Shown here piece by piece: positions 31,098-40,708 of a DNA stretch of 64,000 nucleotides. The notes beneath the pieces were generated by a model. That model was given only the letters and a program-made list of their open reading frames with translations, did not search any database and was not told the DNA's origin. Location of the stretch: contig CAVYYZ010000002.1 in the NCBI GenBank assembly GCA_963772835.1, positions 32,001-96,000 on the forward strand, given 5' to 3'. Within the stretch, counting starts at the first letter, position 1. Each line of letters opens with the position of its first letter. This DNA is from an uncultured delta proteobacterium (lineage in GTDB: Bacteria; Desulfobacterota; Desulfuromonadia; Geobacterales; Pseudopelobacteraceae). A program made the translations under genes and the position numbers.

Positions 31098-32849
31098 TTA
31101 TCGTGCTACAGCGATTGCATCAAATTTACAGAGCTGCGAGCAGACGCCACAGCCGTCGCAGATGTTGGGATCAATCTGAACTTTCTGCTTTTCCCCGTCA
31201 ACCGCCGGTTTCAGGCCCAGCGCTACACACGCGGCCTTCAGACAGGCACGGCAGCCTGTGCATTTTTCGGTGTCGACGGTGAGTACCGGGCTTTTGATCC
31301 GGTAGCGGAGGATGCAGGGATTTTTGTCGACCAGAACGTAGGGGCCGGGAGTTCCAAGACCCTTTTTGATGGCGGCTTCGGTCTCGGCAAGGTTGTACGC
31401 ATTCAGCTCTGCAACATTCTCGATACCCAGCACCTTCACCAGAGCCACGATATCGACCTGCTGGCTTGGCTGTCCCTGAAGATCACGACCCGACCCGGGG
31501 TTCTCCTGACCACCGGTCATGCCGGTGGTGCGGTTGTCCATAATAATAACCAGCGCATTCCCTTTGTTATAGGCCAGACTCAGCAGCCCGGTCATCCCCG
31601 AGTGAAAGAAGGTCGAATCGCCGATGACCGCCACCGGTTTTTCCGTTCTTCCGGCAATCTCATTGACCTTGGCCATGCCATGTGCAGCGCTGATACTTGC
31701 TCCCATACAGATAGTTGTATGCATGGCGCTCATCGGCGGGAGGGCCCCCAGAGTATAACAGCCGATGTCACCCGAGACAAATACCTTGAGCTTGCTCAGG
31801 ATCGTAAAGAGTCCGCGATGGGCACAACCTGGACAGAAAATTGGAGGACGCTGCGGAAGGGTCGCTATGGCAGCCGTTCCAGGAACGGGTGGGTCACCGG
31901 CAGCCGCTCTGATGATGTCGGCATTAACTTCGCCGCAGAGCGGTATTTTATTTTTGCCGATATCGACCCTGACACCCATGGCCCGGATCTGTTCTTCGAA
32001 GATTGCATCAAGCTCCTCCACGATCATCAAGCGGTCAACCATGGCGGCGAACTCGCGTATCTTACGTTCCGGAAGCGGATGTACGAGGCCGAGTTTGAGA
32101 ATTGAAGCGTTCGGGTATGCCTCTTTGACATGCTGGTAGGCAACTCCCGAAGTTATGATGCCGAGCCCTTTGTCCCCCATTTCAATGCGGTTGAGCGGCG
32201 TGGCCTCGGCAAACTCCACAAGCTTGAGAAGGCGCGCCTCAATCTCGACATGTTTGATCTTGCCGTAGTTGGGGAGCATAACGTATTTCGGTACATTTTT
32301 TACCCACGGGCCGATCTTCTGCGCAATTTTTTCCTTCTGCACCACAACTCCCTTGGCGTGCGAAATACGGGTGGTGGTGCGGAGCATGACCGGAGTATCG
32401 AACTGTTCAGAGATATCAAAGCCGTCCCTGACGAAATCATAAGCCTCCTGGGAGTTCGACGGATCAAGCATAGGAATTTTGGCAAACTTGGCATAATTGC
32501 GACTGTCCTGCTCATTCTGTGAGGAGTGCATACCAGGGTCGTCGGCAACCATCAGGATCAGGCCGGCGTTCACACCGGTGTGGTTGAGAGTCAGCAGCGC
32601 ATCAGCGGCGACGTTGACCCCGACATGTTTCATGGTGGCCAGGGTCCTCCCCCCGGCAATCGAGGCACCGATGGCAGATTCCAGGGCAACTTTTTCGTTG
32701 GGCGCCCACTCGCAGTAGACCACACCCAGACGGGCCACCTCTTCCAATGTTTCTGTGCTTGGTGTTCCCGGGTAACCGGAGGCAAAGACTCCGCCCGAAT
32801 CACCGAAGCTCAAGGCAATCGCCTCATTTCCGGAAATAATTTTCTTCAT
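31098..32849 (-). CDS. iorA: Indolepyruvate:ferredoxin oxidoreductase alpha subunit
   Basis: GYPGTPSTE, MKHVG.NVAAD, SSQNEQD, FCPGC.HR, GDSTFFHSG, C-terminal 2x4Fe-4S. Confidence 0.94.
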   Translation of the reverse strand: MKKIISGNEAIALSFGDSGGVFASGYPGTPSTETLEEVARLGVVYCEWAPNEKVALESAIGASIAGGRTLATMKHVGVNVAADALLTLNHTGVNAGLILMVADDPGMHSSQNEQDSRNYAKFAKIPMLDPSNSQEAYDFVRDGFDISEQFDTPVMLRTTTRISHAKGVVVQKEKIAQKIGPWVKNVPKYVMLPNYGKIKHVEIEARLLKLVEFAEATPLNRIEMGDKGLGIITSGVAYQHVKEAYPNASILKLGLVHPLPERKIREFAAMVDRLMIVEELDAIFEEQIRAMGVRVDIGKNKIPLCGEVNADIIRAAAGDPPVPGTAAIATLPQRPPIFCPGCAHRGLFTILSKLKVFVSGDIGCYTLGALPPMSAMHTTICMGASISAAHGMAKVNEIAGRTEKPVAVIGDSTFFHSGMTGLLSLAYNKGNALVIIMDNRTTGMTGGQENPGSGRDLQGQPSQQVDIVALVKVLGIENVAELNAYNLAETEAAIKKGLGTPGPYVLVDKNPCILRYRIKSPVLTVDTEKCTGCRACLKAACVALGLKPAVDGEKQKVQIDPNICDGCGVCSQLCKFDAIAVAR

Positions 32850-32888
32850 ACGTTTCCTTTCCTTTTGACTGCAGATCCTGGGAGTAAT

Positions 32889-34232
32889 TTATTTTGGTCT
32901 TTTGTCGATGAACCGTTTGGCTTTGCCTTCACTGCGCGGGATCGTCCCCGGCGTGACCAGAGTTACTTTGACTGTTATGCCGACTATATCCTTTATATCC
33001 CGCACCAGATTCCTGACCATACTGCGCGTCTCCACCACATCACTTACAATTTCATGTTTCTTTTCTCTAAAAACATCTTCGACAGATCTAATGACATAAT
33101 TTTCGGTTACTTCAACCAGGACTTCCACTTCATCCATTGACCCCTGGCGATCAACAATCACAAGATAATTGGGGGTAACACCGTGATGCCTGAGAACAAT
33201 CGATTCAATCTGTGAGGGGAAGAAATTGACCCCCCTGATAATCAGCAGGTCATCGGTGCGCCCGGTCAGTTTTTTCATCTTGATCAGGGTGCGACCGCAG
33301 ATACATGGCTCCAGGTTGAGGCTTGTGATATCCCGGGTCCGGTACCTCAGCAGCGGCTGCCCTTCATTTGCAATCGTAGTAAAGACCAGCTCCCCTTCTT
33401 CGCCGACCGGGAGCTGTTCACCGGTTTCCGGATTGATTATTTCGGGATAGAAAAAGTCTTCATTGATATGCAGACCGTTCCTGGCTTCATGGCACTCACA
33501 CGACACGCCCGGCCCGATTATTTCAGAAAGGCCATAGATATCGCAGGCCTTGAGTCCGAAACCTTCCTGGATTTTTTCACGCATCGACTCGGTCCAGAAT
33601 TCGGCGCCCAAAACGGCGGTACGAAGTTTCAGCTTTGTGAAATCAACCCCCATACCGGTACCGACTTCATGGATATGCATCAGAAAGGAAGGGGTAACCG
33701 TAAGAGCGGTAGTGCCAAAATCCTGCATCAGCATGATTTGCTTCTGGGTGTTGCCGCCGGAAATCGGGATGACAGACGCACCGGTCCGGATTCCGCCGTA
33801 GTGCGCACCCAGCCCGCCGGTAAAGAGGCCATAGCCGTAGATATTCTGAAGAACATCATTCTTGCCGATACCGGATCCGGTCAAGGCCCTGGCCATGACT
33901 TCGGACCAGGTTTCGATGTCGTTTCTCGTGTATCCGACAACGATTGGTTTCCCGGTGGTTCCGGAGGTCGCGTGATATTCCACGACATCCTCCTGGGAGG
34001 CGGTAAAAAGGTTGAATGGATAGTTATCCCTGAGGTCGTCCTTGACGGTAAAGGGAAGGCGCCTGATATCATCGAGCGACTTGATGTCAGAAGGTTTGAC
34101 CCCGGCAGCATCAAGTTTCCTTTTGTAGACCGGGTTCCTGTCGTACACATAGCCGACTGTCTTCTGCAGCCTGCCAAGCTGAATGCTCTGCATCTCGCTA
34201 CGACTGCATGTCTCAACTTTGTTCCATATCAT
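32889..34232 (-). CDS. paaK: Phenylacetate--CoA ligase family protein
   Basis: [42 protein letters not shown]. Confidence 0.88.
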   Translation of the reverse strand: MIWNKVETCSRSEMQSIQLGRLQKTVGYVYDRNPVYKRKLDAAGVKPSDIKSLDDIRRLPFTVKDDLRDNYPFNLFTASQEDVVEYHATSGTTGKPIVVGYTRNDIETWSEVMARALTGSGIGKNDVLQNIYGYGLFTGGLGAHYGGIRTGASVIPISGGNTQKQIMLMQDFGTTALTVTPSFLMHIHEVGTGMGVDFTKLKLRTAVLGAEFWTESMREKIQEGFGLKACDIYGLSEIIGPGVSCECHEARNGLHINEDFFYPEIINPETGEQLPVGEEGELVFTTIANEGQPLLRYRTRDITSLNLEPCICGRTLIKMKKLTGRTDDLLIIRGVNFFPSQIESIVLRHHGVTPNYLVIVDRQGSMDEVEVLVEVTENYVIRSVEDVFREKKHEIVSDVVETRSMVRNLVRDIKDIVGITVKVTLVTPGTIPRSEGKAKRFIDKRPK

Positions 34233-34282
34233 GGTCGCCCCCCGCTTTCGTATGATTCCAGCTAGTAACATAGAGAATTCAG

Positions 34283-35596
34283 TTACAAATAATTCAGCTC
34301 TCTGGCCTGTCTGGTGATTTCCTCCCGGAAACGGGGATCGGAAATGTGTATGAGCGCCTGCGTCCTCTGGCGGACTGTTTTACCGTACAATTCTGCCACG
34401 CCGAACTCCGTGACAACAAAGTGCACATGGTTGCGGCTTGTCACCACACCTGCCCCCTGTTTCAGCATCGGCACAATTTTACTGATAACGGTTCCGTCAC
34501 GCAACTCTGCAGAGCTCGGCATGGCGATAATCGGCACGCCGCCTTTGGAGCGGGATGCACCATAAATGAAGTCCAACTGTCCCCCCACCGACGAATACAT
34601 CTTCGGACCGATGCTGTCGGCGCAGACCTGGCCGGTAAGATCGACTTCGATTGCCGAATTGATCGCCACCATACGGTCGTTCTGTGCAATCACAAACGGA
34701 TCGTTGACATACTCGGTGCGGTGAAGTTCAACCAGCGGATTATTGTCTACCCAGTCATACAATCGTTTTGTACCGAGGAGGAACCCCGCCACAATCTTGC
34801 CGGGATGGAGGCTTTTACGTGCATTCGTCAACACACCAGCTTCCACCAGATCAATAACCCCGTCTGAAATCAGTTCGGAATGGATGCCCAGATCTTTCTT
34901 GTTCAGCAGATACTTGAGTACTGCATTGGGAATGGCCCCGATCCCCAGCTGCATGGTGGCGCCGTCCGGAACCAGTCCGGCGATGTGGGCCGCAATCCTT
35001 TCAACCACATCAACGTCGATATCGTCACTCATAGCCATCTCTGTCAGCGGGCAATTTACCTGTACGATATGATGCATACGGTCGACATGCATCAGGGTGT
35101 CACCCAAAGTCCTCGGCATCTGCTCATTGACCTGGGCAATAACCGTCTTCGCGACTTCCGCTGCTGAAATAGTGAGGCCGGATTCAGCTCCCATTGAGCA
35201 GAATCCATGGTGGTCGGGGGGCGATACATGAATGAAAGCGACATCAAGCGGAAGGTGGCCGTTTTTGAACAGCAGTGGAAATTCGGACAGCATGACGGGT
35301 GTGAAATCAGCACGTCCTTCGTTTACGGCCTTGCGAACGTTTGCGCTTATAAACATCGAGTTCACACGCAGGTGCCCCTCCATTTCGGGGGAAACATAGT
35401 CAGAAGGACAGATGGCGAGCGGATGACAGATCTCAACATTTTTCAGTTCCGGCGCCCGCTTTACCAGCGCTGCCAGCAGCAGCATCGGCACCGAGGCATT
35501 ACCGGTCAGAAATATCCGGTCTCCGGATTTGATCGCCTTCACAGCCTCATCCGGCGTCGTCATACGGGACTGATAGCTTGTTTGCCAGTTCATCAT
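34283..35596 (-). CDS. Acetyl-CoA hydrolase/transferase family CoA-transferase (4-hydroxybutyrate CoA-transferase-like)
   Basis: [42 protein letters not shown]. Confidence 0.9.
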   Translation of the reverse strand: MMNWQTSYQSRMTTPDEAVKAIKSGDRIFLTGNASVPMLLLAALVKRAPELKNVEICHPLAICPSDYVSPEMEGHLRVNSMFISANVRKAVNEGRADFTPVMLSEFPLLFKNGHLPLDVAFIHVSPPDHHGFCSMGAESGLTISAAEVAKTVIAQVNEQMPRTLGDTLMHVDRMHHIVQVNCPLTEMAMSDDIDVDVVERIAAHIAGLVPDGATMQLGIGAIPNAVLKYLLNKKDLGIHSELISDGVIDLVEAGVLTNARKSLHPGKIVAGFLLGTKRLYDWVDNNPLVELHRTEYVNDPFVIAQNDRMVAINSAIEVDLTGQVCADSIGPKMYSSVGGQLDFIYGASRSKGGVPIIAMPSSAELRDGTVISKIVPMLKQGAGVVTSRNHVHFVVTEFGVAELYGKTVRQRTQALIHISDPRFREEITRQARELNYL

Positions 35597-35660
35597 GGAC
35601 TCACCTTTGTATTGTTTTGATCTCTCTCCTCCGGAGGGAGATGGCAGCAGCAGTTCAATC

Positions 35661-37748
35661 TTAAATCCTGATCCTGCCGTCAACAGCATATACAGCATCA
35701 GAGAAAGCCATGATCGGATTCATATCCATTTCCTGAATCATCGGAAGATCCGTCAGCAGTTGAGAAACGCGCTGGATAAGGTTGATCACCGCATCCCTGT
35801 CGATCCCCTTTTCGCCCCTGACGCCATCCAGAAGAGCAGCGGTTTTAATGCCCGAAAGCATCTCACCGGCTTCCAGACGAGTCACCGGTGCAATCTTGAA
35901 GACAACGTCTTTCAGCACCTCTACATAAATGCCGCCCAGACCGAACATTACCAGATGCCCCAATTCCCGCTCGGCGGCGGCACCGATGATCAGTTCGCGC
36001 CCTCCGGGGAGAAATTTCTGAACAAAGAAACGGAGTGCACCGAAACTGCCGAGCCGGTTCTGCATATCTTCAACCGTTGTGCGGACCGCTGCGGCATCCT
36101 TCAGATTGACGGCGACGCCGCCCATATCGCTTTTGTGATCAATCCCGGCACAGTCGACCTTCACTACAACCGGAAAACCGATCTTTTCAGCCGCAGCGGC
36201 GGCTTCATCAGCGCCTTCGACAACTGCCCACCCCGCAACCGGGATACCATACGCCTCAAAGATTGTATATACATCGGCTGCGGAAAGAACGCTGCGCCCC
36301 TCAGCCTGTGCCTGTTCAACAATCGCAACAGCCTGTGCGGTGTCGACCCCGGGAAAGCTCTCAGCCTGACCGATGTCGCGCTGTTTGACACGGCCGTAGG
36401 CGGCAAGGGCACCCAGTGCCTTGGCGGCATCGGTCGGATTGGCATAGATAGGCACCTTTCCCGCCTTGAGAATGTCCCTGGTTTTCTGAAAACGTTCCAG
36501 ACTGAGATTGGTCATAAAGTTGCAGACTATCGGCTTTTTACCTAACCGGTTGACGGCCACGATCTCATGGGCGACGGCATCGGTGTCGGTGAACGGAGCG
36601 GTGACAAAATTGATGAAGATACTGTCGACCAGCTCCTCATCCATCATTACGTCCATGGCTGCCCGGAACTGGGGACCTCCTGCCGTGGCGACGACATCGA
36701 TCGGATTCTCCAGAGCCGCTTCCGGGAACTGGGTCTCTTTAAGTCGTGCAATTGATTTTTCGGAGAGTTTCGGAACATCCAGCCCGCAGGAAACCAGGAC
36801 ATCAGTGGCAATAACCGCCGGACCGCCGGTATTGGTGATGACCCCGACCCGGTTGCCGGCCGGAATCGGCTGTGATGAAAAGGCCATGGCCGCACGTACC
36901 ATTTCGCCCTCATCGGTAAAGGGAAGGATGCCGATCTTTTCAAAGATCAATTCGGTGGCGATATCGACTCCGGCCAGAGAACCGGTGTGAGAGGAGGCCG
37001 CCTTGGCTCCCTGCAGGGTGCGGCCTGCCTTCATAGCCAGAATCGGCTTCCTGGCCGCCACGTCGCGGGCCGATTCAAGAAAGTCCCGCGGATCGGAAAA
37101 ACCTTCGGTGTAAAGGATAATGGCCCTGGTTTCCTGATCATCGCCGTAGTAACGGATAATCTCTGGAATTGAGACGTCGCAGGCATTACCGTTTGATGCA
37201 TACAGCCGCTGGCCGATGCCGAGATCGTCAAGCGCCTGCATGATCAGGGCGCCAACACCTCCGCTGAGCGCAACCACCGATATATGACCCGGTTCCGGAT
37301 AGGTGAAGGTGAAGTTGCAGTACGCGTTCAGGGCAGGATCGCTGTTGATGATACCCTGGCAGTTGGGTCCGAAGAGCCGGACACCGTACTCCCTGGCATT
37401 GGCGAGAAACTCCTGCTGGAGCCGGTCACCCTCCTCCCCCATTTCACTGAATCCGGCCGAGTTGATGATGACCGCCTTGATTCCCTTCTGGCCGCACTCG
37501 ATGATCGCCTGCGGGACCATCGGAGCGGGAATGATGATATGGGCAAGATCAATTTCCCCGGGGACTTCTGCCAGTGAACCGTAGGCTTTTATGCCCCGGA
37601 CTTCCGGAGCGGACGGATTAATAGGGTAAATCGGGCCGGTGTAGCCGTAGGTCTGAAGATTTTTGATGATGACATTGCCTATGGAGAGCTCTTTGGTGGA
37701 AGCACCCACAATCGCAATCGCCCGTGGCTTAAAAAGTGAATCCAGCAT
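35661..37748 (-). CDS. ADP-forming acyl-CoA synthetase (fused alpha/beta)
   Basis: AIVGAS, GPNCQG, SHTGSLAG (phospho-His), NPID, HKSD.GGV ATP-grasp, MFGLGG, DMNP. Confidence 0.9.
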   Translation of the reverse strand: MLDSLFKPRAIAIVGASTKELSIGNVIIKNLQTYGYTGPIYPINPSAPEVRGIKAYGSLAEVPGEIDLAHIIIPAPMVPQAIIECGQKGIKAVIINSAGFSEMGEEGDRLQQEFLANAREYGVRLFGPNCQGIINSDPALNAYCNFTFTYPEPGHISVVALSGGVGALIMQALDDLGIGQRLYASNGNACDVSIPEIIRYYGDDQETRAIILYTEGFSDPRDFLESARDVAARKPILAMKAGRTLQGAKAASSHTGSLAGVDIATELIFEKIGILPFTDEGEMVRAAMAFSSQPIPAGNRVGVITNTGGPAVIATDVLVSCGLDVPKLSEKSIARLKETQFPEAALENPIDVVATAGGPQFRAAMDVMMDEELVDSIFINFVTAPFTDTDAVAHEIVAVNRLGKKPIVCNFMTNLSLERFQKTRDILKAGKVPIYANPTDAAKALGALAAYGRVKQRDIGQAESFPGVDTAQAVAIVEQAQAEGRSVLSAADVYTIFEAYGIPVAGWAVVEGADEAAAAAEKIGFPVVVKVDCAGIDHKSDMGGVAVNLKDAAAVRTTVEDMQNRLGSFGALRFFVQKFLPGGRELIIGAAAERELGHLVMFGLGGIYVEVLKDVVFKIAPVTRLEAGEMLSGIKTAALLDGVRGEKGIDRDAVINLIQRVSQLLTDLPMIQEMDMNPIMAFSDAVYAVDGRIRI

Positions 37749-37749
37749 C

Positions 37750-38997
37750 TTATTTCCCCTCCTCAAGCTGTTCAATGAAGGCTTCTATGTTGGTTTTCGT
37801 CTGCTCGTCGGAAATGCAGCGCAGATCATTCAGGTCACCGGAGATAACCAGACTGGGGATGCCGGTTTCCGCCTCAATGCGCTGCGGCATGCCATAGCGG
37901 TTGTTCGAGTTGTACGGGCAGGTCTTGGCATCGTGGTAAATAATGCCGTCAATATGGAACTTCTCCAGCATCTCCTTGATATACCCCCCCTTGTATTCAT
38001 CCGAGCGGACTATGAAGAGTTCGAGGTAGGCCTTGGCCATACTCCGGATCGGATCACTGCCGTCAAACGCCGGGAAAATCCAGCTGCTGCAGTAGGTGGA
38101 CGCAATCACAGTGGCGTGAAAACCGGAAAAGAGTTCAGAATGCTGCCTGAGACGGCCCCACACCGGCATTCCTTCCCAATAGATCCGAACCGATTCGCCA
38201 TCGACAGCACCCACCCCGTCAGCAATTCTCTGTTCCAGTTCGGCCAGCAGCAGCGTGTAGTATTCGACCGCCTCGCGGGTGCCCCGTAATACGACGGCAG
38301 GTCCCATGTGGATGGTGCCGTCAAAGAAGGAAAGCGGGGCCGGTGAAGCGGTAGCGGTTTCCAGCACTTTTTTCCAGAGTTCGGTACACTCGCGGGAAAG
38401 CGAGACGACCTCTTTCAACCGCTCCATGTCGAGCGTCGTGCCGGATATCCTCTCCAGAGTCGGGATCAGCGCCTCGATCTGCTTGGCGACGTCCGAGATA
38501 TGTGCCTCGGTCACCTCATTGACGTTCTTCGGAGAGGTGATGCCGAGTGCCGGCACGCCCAGCTCCTTTGAATACCAGGCGAACCAGTCCTGAACATCGC
38601 GGCACTGGTTGGTATTATAGACCAGCACATCGGGCCTGGGCACCGATTCAATGCCGGGATAGGCCTTTGCCAGAGGGGTGAACCCTTTCAGGTATGCTCC
38701 GATGTCGGCAGTCAGGTACGAGCAGATGTCGGGTGAATAGCCGATGGCATTCGCTTCGGGGATAAGATCGGTGGACGTGCGTGTTGCTCCGAGCATGGCG
38801 GCATGATTTTCCGGAAAGTGAACGGCAAAACCGAGGGCACGCAGCAGTTCAGCCGGGCCGACGCTGGTGCACCAGGCCACTTTTCTGCTATCGCTTTTTG
38901 CGGCTGCATCCAGATCATAGAAATAATCCGACATGAGCCTGTTCATCTGATCGGTTGCCTGAATCTTCTTTCGGACAATTTTCTTTTCTTCGGCCAT
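37750..38997 (-). CDS. 2-hydroxyacyl-CoA dehydratase / class I benzoyl-CoA reductase family subunit (HgdA/FldB-like)
   Basis: FPENH, GYSPDICSY, NQC, DGIIYH..TC, TNIEAFIE; GGAGG RBS. Confidence 0.85.
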   Translation of the reverse strand: MAEEKKIVRKKIQATDQMNRLMSDYFYDLDAAAKSDSRKVAWCTSVGPAELLRALGFAVHFPENHAAMLGATRTSTDLIPEANAIGYSPDICSYLTADIGAYLKGFTPLAKAYPGIESVPRPDVLVYNTNQCRDVQDWFAWYSKELGVPALGITSPKNVNEVTEAHISDVAKQIEALIPTLERISGTTLDMERLKEVVSLSRECTELWKKVLETATASPAPLSFFDGTIHMGPAVVLRGTREAVEYYTLLLAELEQRIADGVGAVDGESVRIYWEGMPVWGRLRQHSELFSGFHATVIASTYCSSWIFPAFDGSDPIRSMAKAYLELFIVRSDEYKGGYIKEMLEKFHIDGIIYHDAKTCPYNSNNRYGMPQRIEAETGIPSLVISGDLNDLRCISDEQTKTNIEAFIEQLEEGK

Positions 38998-39031
38998 GGT
39001 TCTTCCTCCGGTTATGGCAGAGAGGGTAACT

Positions 39032-39841
39032 TCAGCTGCAGACATCCGTTTCATCCGGTGACACATTTCCTTCAACTGCGTACAGTGCTGCCCCGACGGC
39101 TCCGGCCAGTTGCGGCATTTCCGGGAGCAGGAGCGGCCGGCCGATCATATCCTCGGCCATCTGAACGATATAGGGGTTGTTTGCAACGACCCCCCCCGTC
39201 ATGACCACCCGTTCGGTCAGTGAATCCATCTCCAGGACTCTCTTGATGACCGAGTAGAATATTCCCTTGACGATATCCGCAACCGGTTTGCCGTTGCGGA
39301 TACTTTCCAATACTTCGGTGGCTGAGAACACCGTACAATAACTACCCAGCTTGATCATGTTTTCCGACCGGCGGGCCAGTTCGTTCATCTCATCAAGCGG
39401 AATATCAAGACGCTGCGACATCTCTTCAAGAAACGCCCCGGTACCGGCAGCGCATTTGCGGTTCATCTTGAAACTGCTCCGGTTTCCGGCAGCACCCAGT
39501 TTGATGATTTTATTATCCTGCCCGCCGATATCGATGATTGTTATCGCCCCGGGAAAGTAGTGGTGGCACCCCTTGGCGAGACATCCGATTTCCGTTTTGG
39601 TCGCTTCGGTCACGAAGGCAACATTGGAGCGGCCGTAACCGGTTGAGACGGCCCTGACAATATCCGTGCGGGCGACTCCGGCCATCTCCAGGGCAACGTC
39701 CAGACAGGCCGCCGCAGTGGCGGTGAAATCGGTGCCGGACTTCTTGACGGCATGGCCGAGCAAGACGCCGGAAGGGTCTATAACTGCGACCTTTGTCCGC
39801 GATGCTCCCATATCAAGCCCGACAAAAACAGGGTGTGTCAT
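39032..39841 (-). CDS. ATP-dependent dehydratase activator (HgdC/BcrAD family)
   Basis: GLDMG...TK, TGYGR, DIGGQD.K, MN.KCAAGTGAFLE, CTVF, TGGV. ATGA overlap with the upstream gene. Confidence 0.92.
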   Translation of the reverse strand: MTHPVFVGLDMGASRTKVAVIDPSGVLLGHAVKKSGTDFTATAAACLDVALEMAGVARTDIVRAVSTGYGRSNVAFVTEATKTEIGCLAKGCHHYFPGAITIIDIGGQDNKIIKLGAAGNRSSFKMNRKCAAGTGAFLEEMSQRLDIPLDEMNELARRSENMIKLGSYCTVFSATEVLESIRNGKPVADIVKGIFYSVIKRVLEMDSLTERVVMTGGVVANNPYIVQMAEDMIGRPLLLPEMPQLAGAVGAALYAVEGNVSPDETDVCS

Positions 39842-40686
39842 GTCATGCAATCCTTTTCGGCGGGTCGCCGCACGACCGCTTCTATCAGTGAAATGCGATC
39901 TTCTTCTAGATTCAGTACCTGATTATGTGCCATCGACCGGAAGTCGGATCCCAAAAGCAGCTGCAGCCCGTACGACGGAACCCCTTCCAGGCGGATTTTT
40001 TCTCTCTGCTGCCGGAACCATGAGCGGCCGGAATCTGTAACGTCCCGCCATATACATACTTCAAACCCGGTTGCCGAGAGGGTGTTCAACAACTGCTCCG
40101 ATGTCAGCAGGAAACTGATTGAGGGATCTCTCGCCCAGGGGACCGGAAAATGACTCTCTCCACCCGATCCGGCAAGGATGTCGTACAGTGCGAGCCGGCC
40201 ACCCGGCTTCAAAACCCGCCATAATTCATGGTAAAACAGAGGCTTATCCGGAATATTCATCGCCGTGTGCTGCGTCCAGACTATGTCAAACGATCCGTCC
40301 GGAAACGGAAGATTCATCGCGTTGCCCTGCTGAAAGGAAACCAGAGAGTCCAGACCGAGTCGTCTGGTAAGACCGGCTGCAGCGTGACAATAATCCGCAC
40401 TCAGATCGAGTCCGGTTACGCGGCAGCCAAATTCCTTCGCAAGATACCGCGCCGCACCGCCCAGACCGCAGCCGACATCCAACACATGCATGTTTCTGTC
40501 AAGTTCGAGATCACTGGCAAGTCCGATGGTGGCATTCCGGCCACGGATATGAAACTGGTCGATCGGGGCGAGATCCTCTATCGAGAGCCGGTCGAGATCC
40601 TTCCCGGCAGCAACAATGGCATCCAGGATCGTCGTCTCCAGAGCCTGTTGCGTATAGTGGTCACATACCCTGTCGGAAACGTGCAT
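39838..40686 (-). CDS. Class I SAM-dependent methyltransferase
   Basis: DQFH, VLDVGCGLGG, GLDLS, LPFPDGSFD, RVLKPGG. Confidence 0.9.
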   Translation of the reverse strand: MHVSDRVCDHYTQQALETTILDAIVAAGKDLDRLSIEDLAPIDQFHIRGRNATIGLASDLELDRNMHVLDVGCGLGGAARYLAKEFGCRVTGLDLSADYCHAAAGLTRRLGLDSLVSFQQGNAMNLPFPDGSFDIVWTQHTAMNIPDKPLFYHELWRVLKPGGRLALYDILAGSGGESHFPVPWARDPSISFLLTSEQLLNTLSATGFEVCIWRDVTDSGRSWFRQQREKIRLEGVPSYGLQLLLGSDFRSMAHNQVLNLEEDRISLIEAVVRRPAEKDCMT

Positions 40687-40708
40687 AGCGCCGGAACTCC
40701 CTGTGAGA

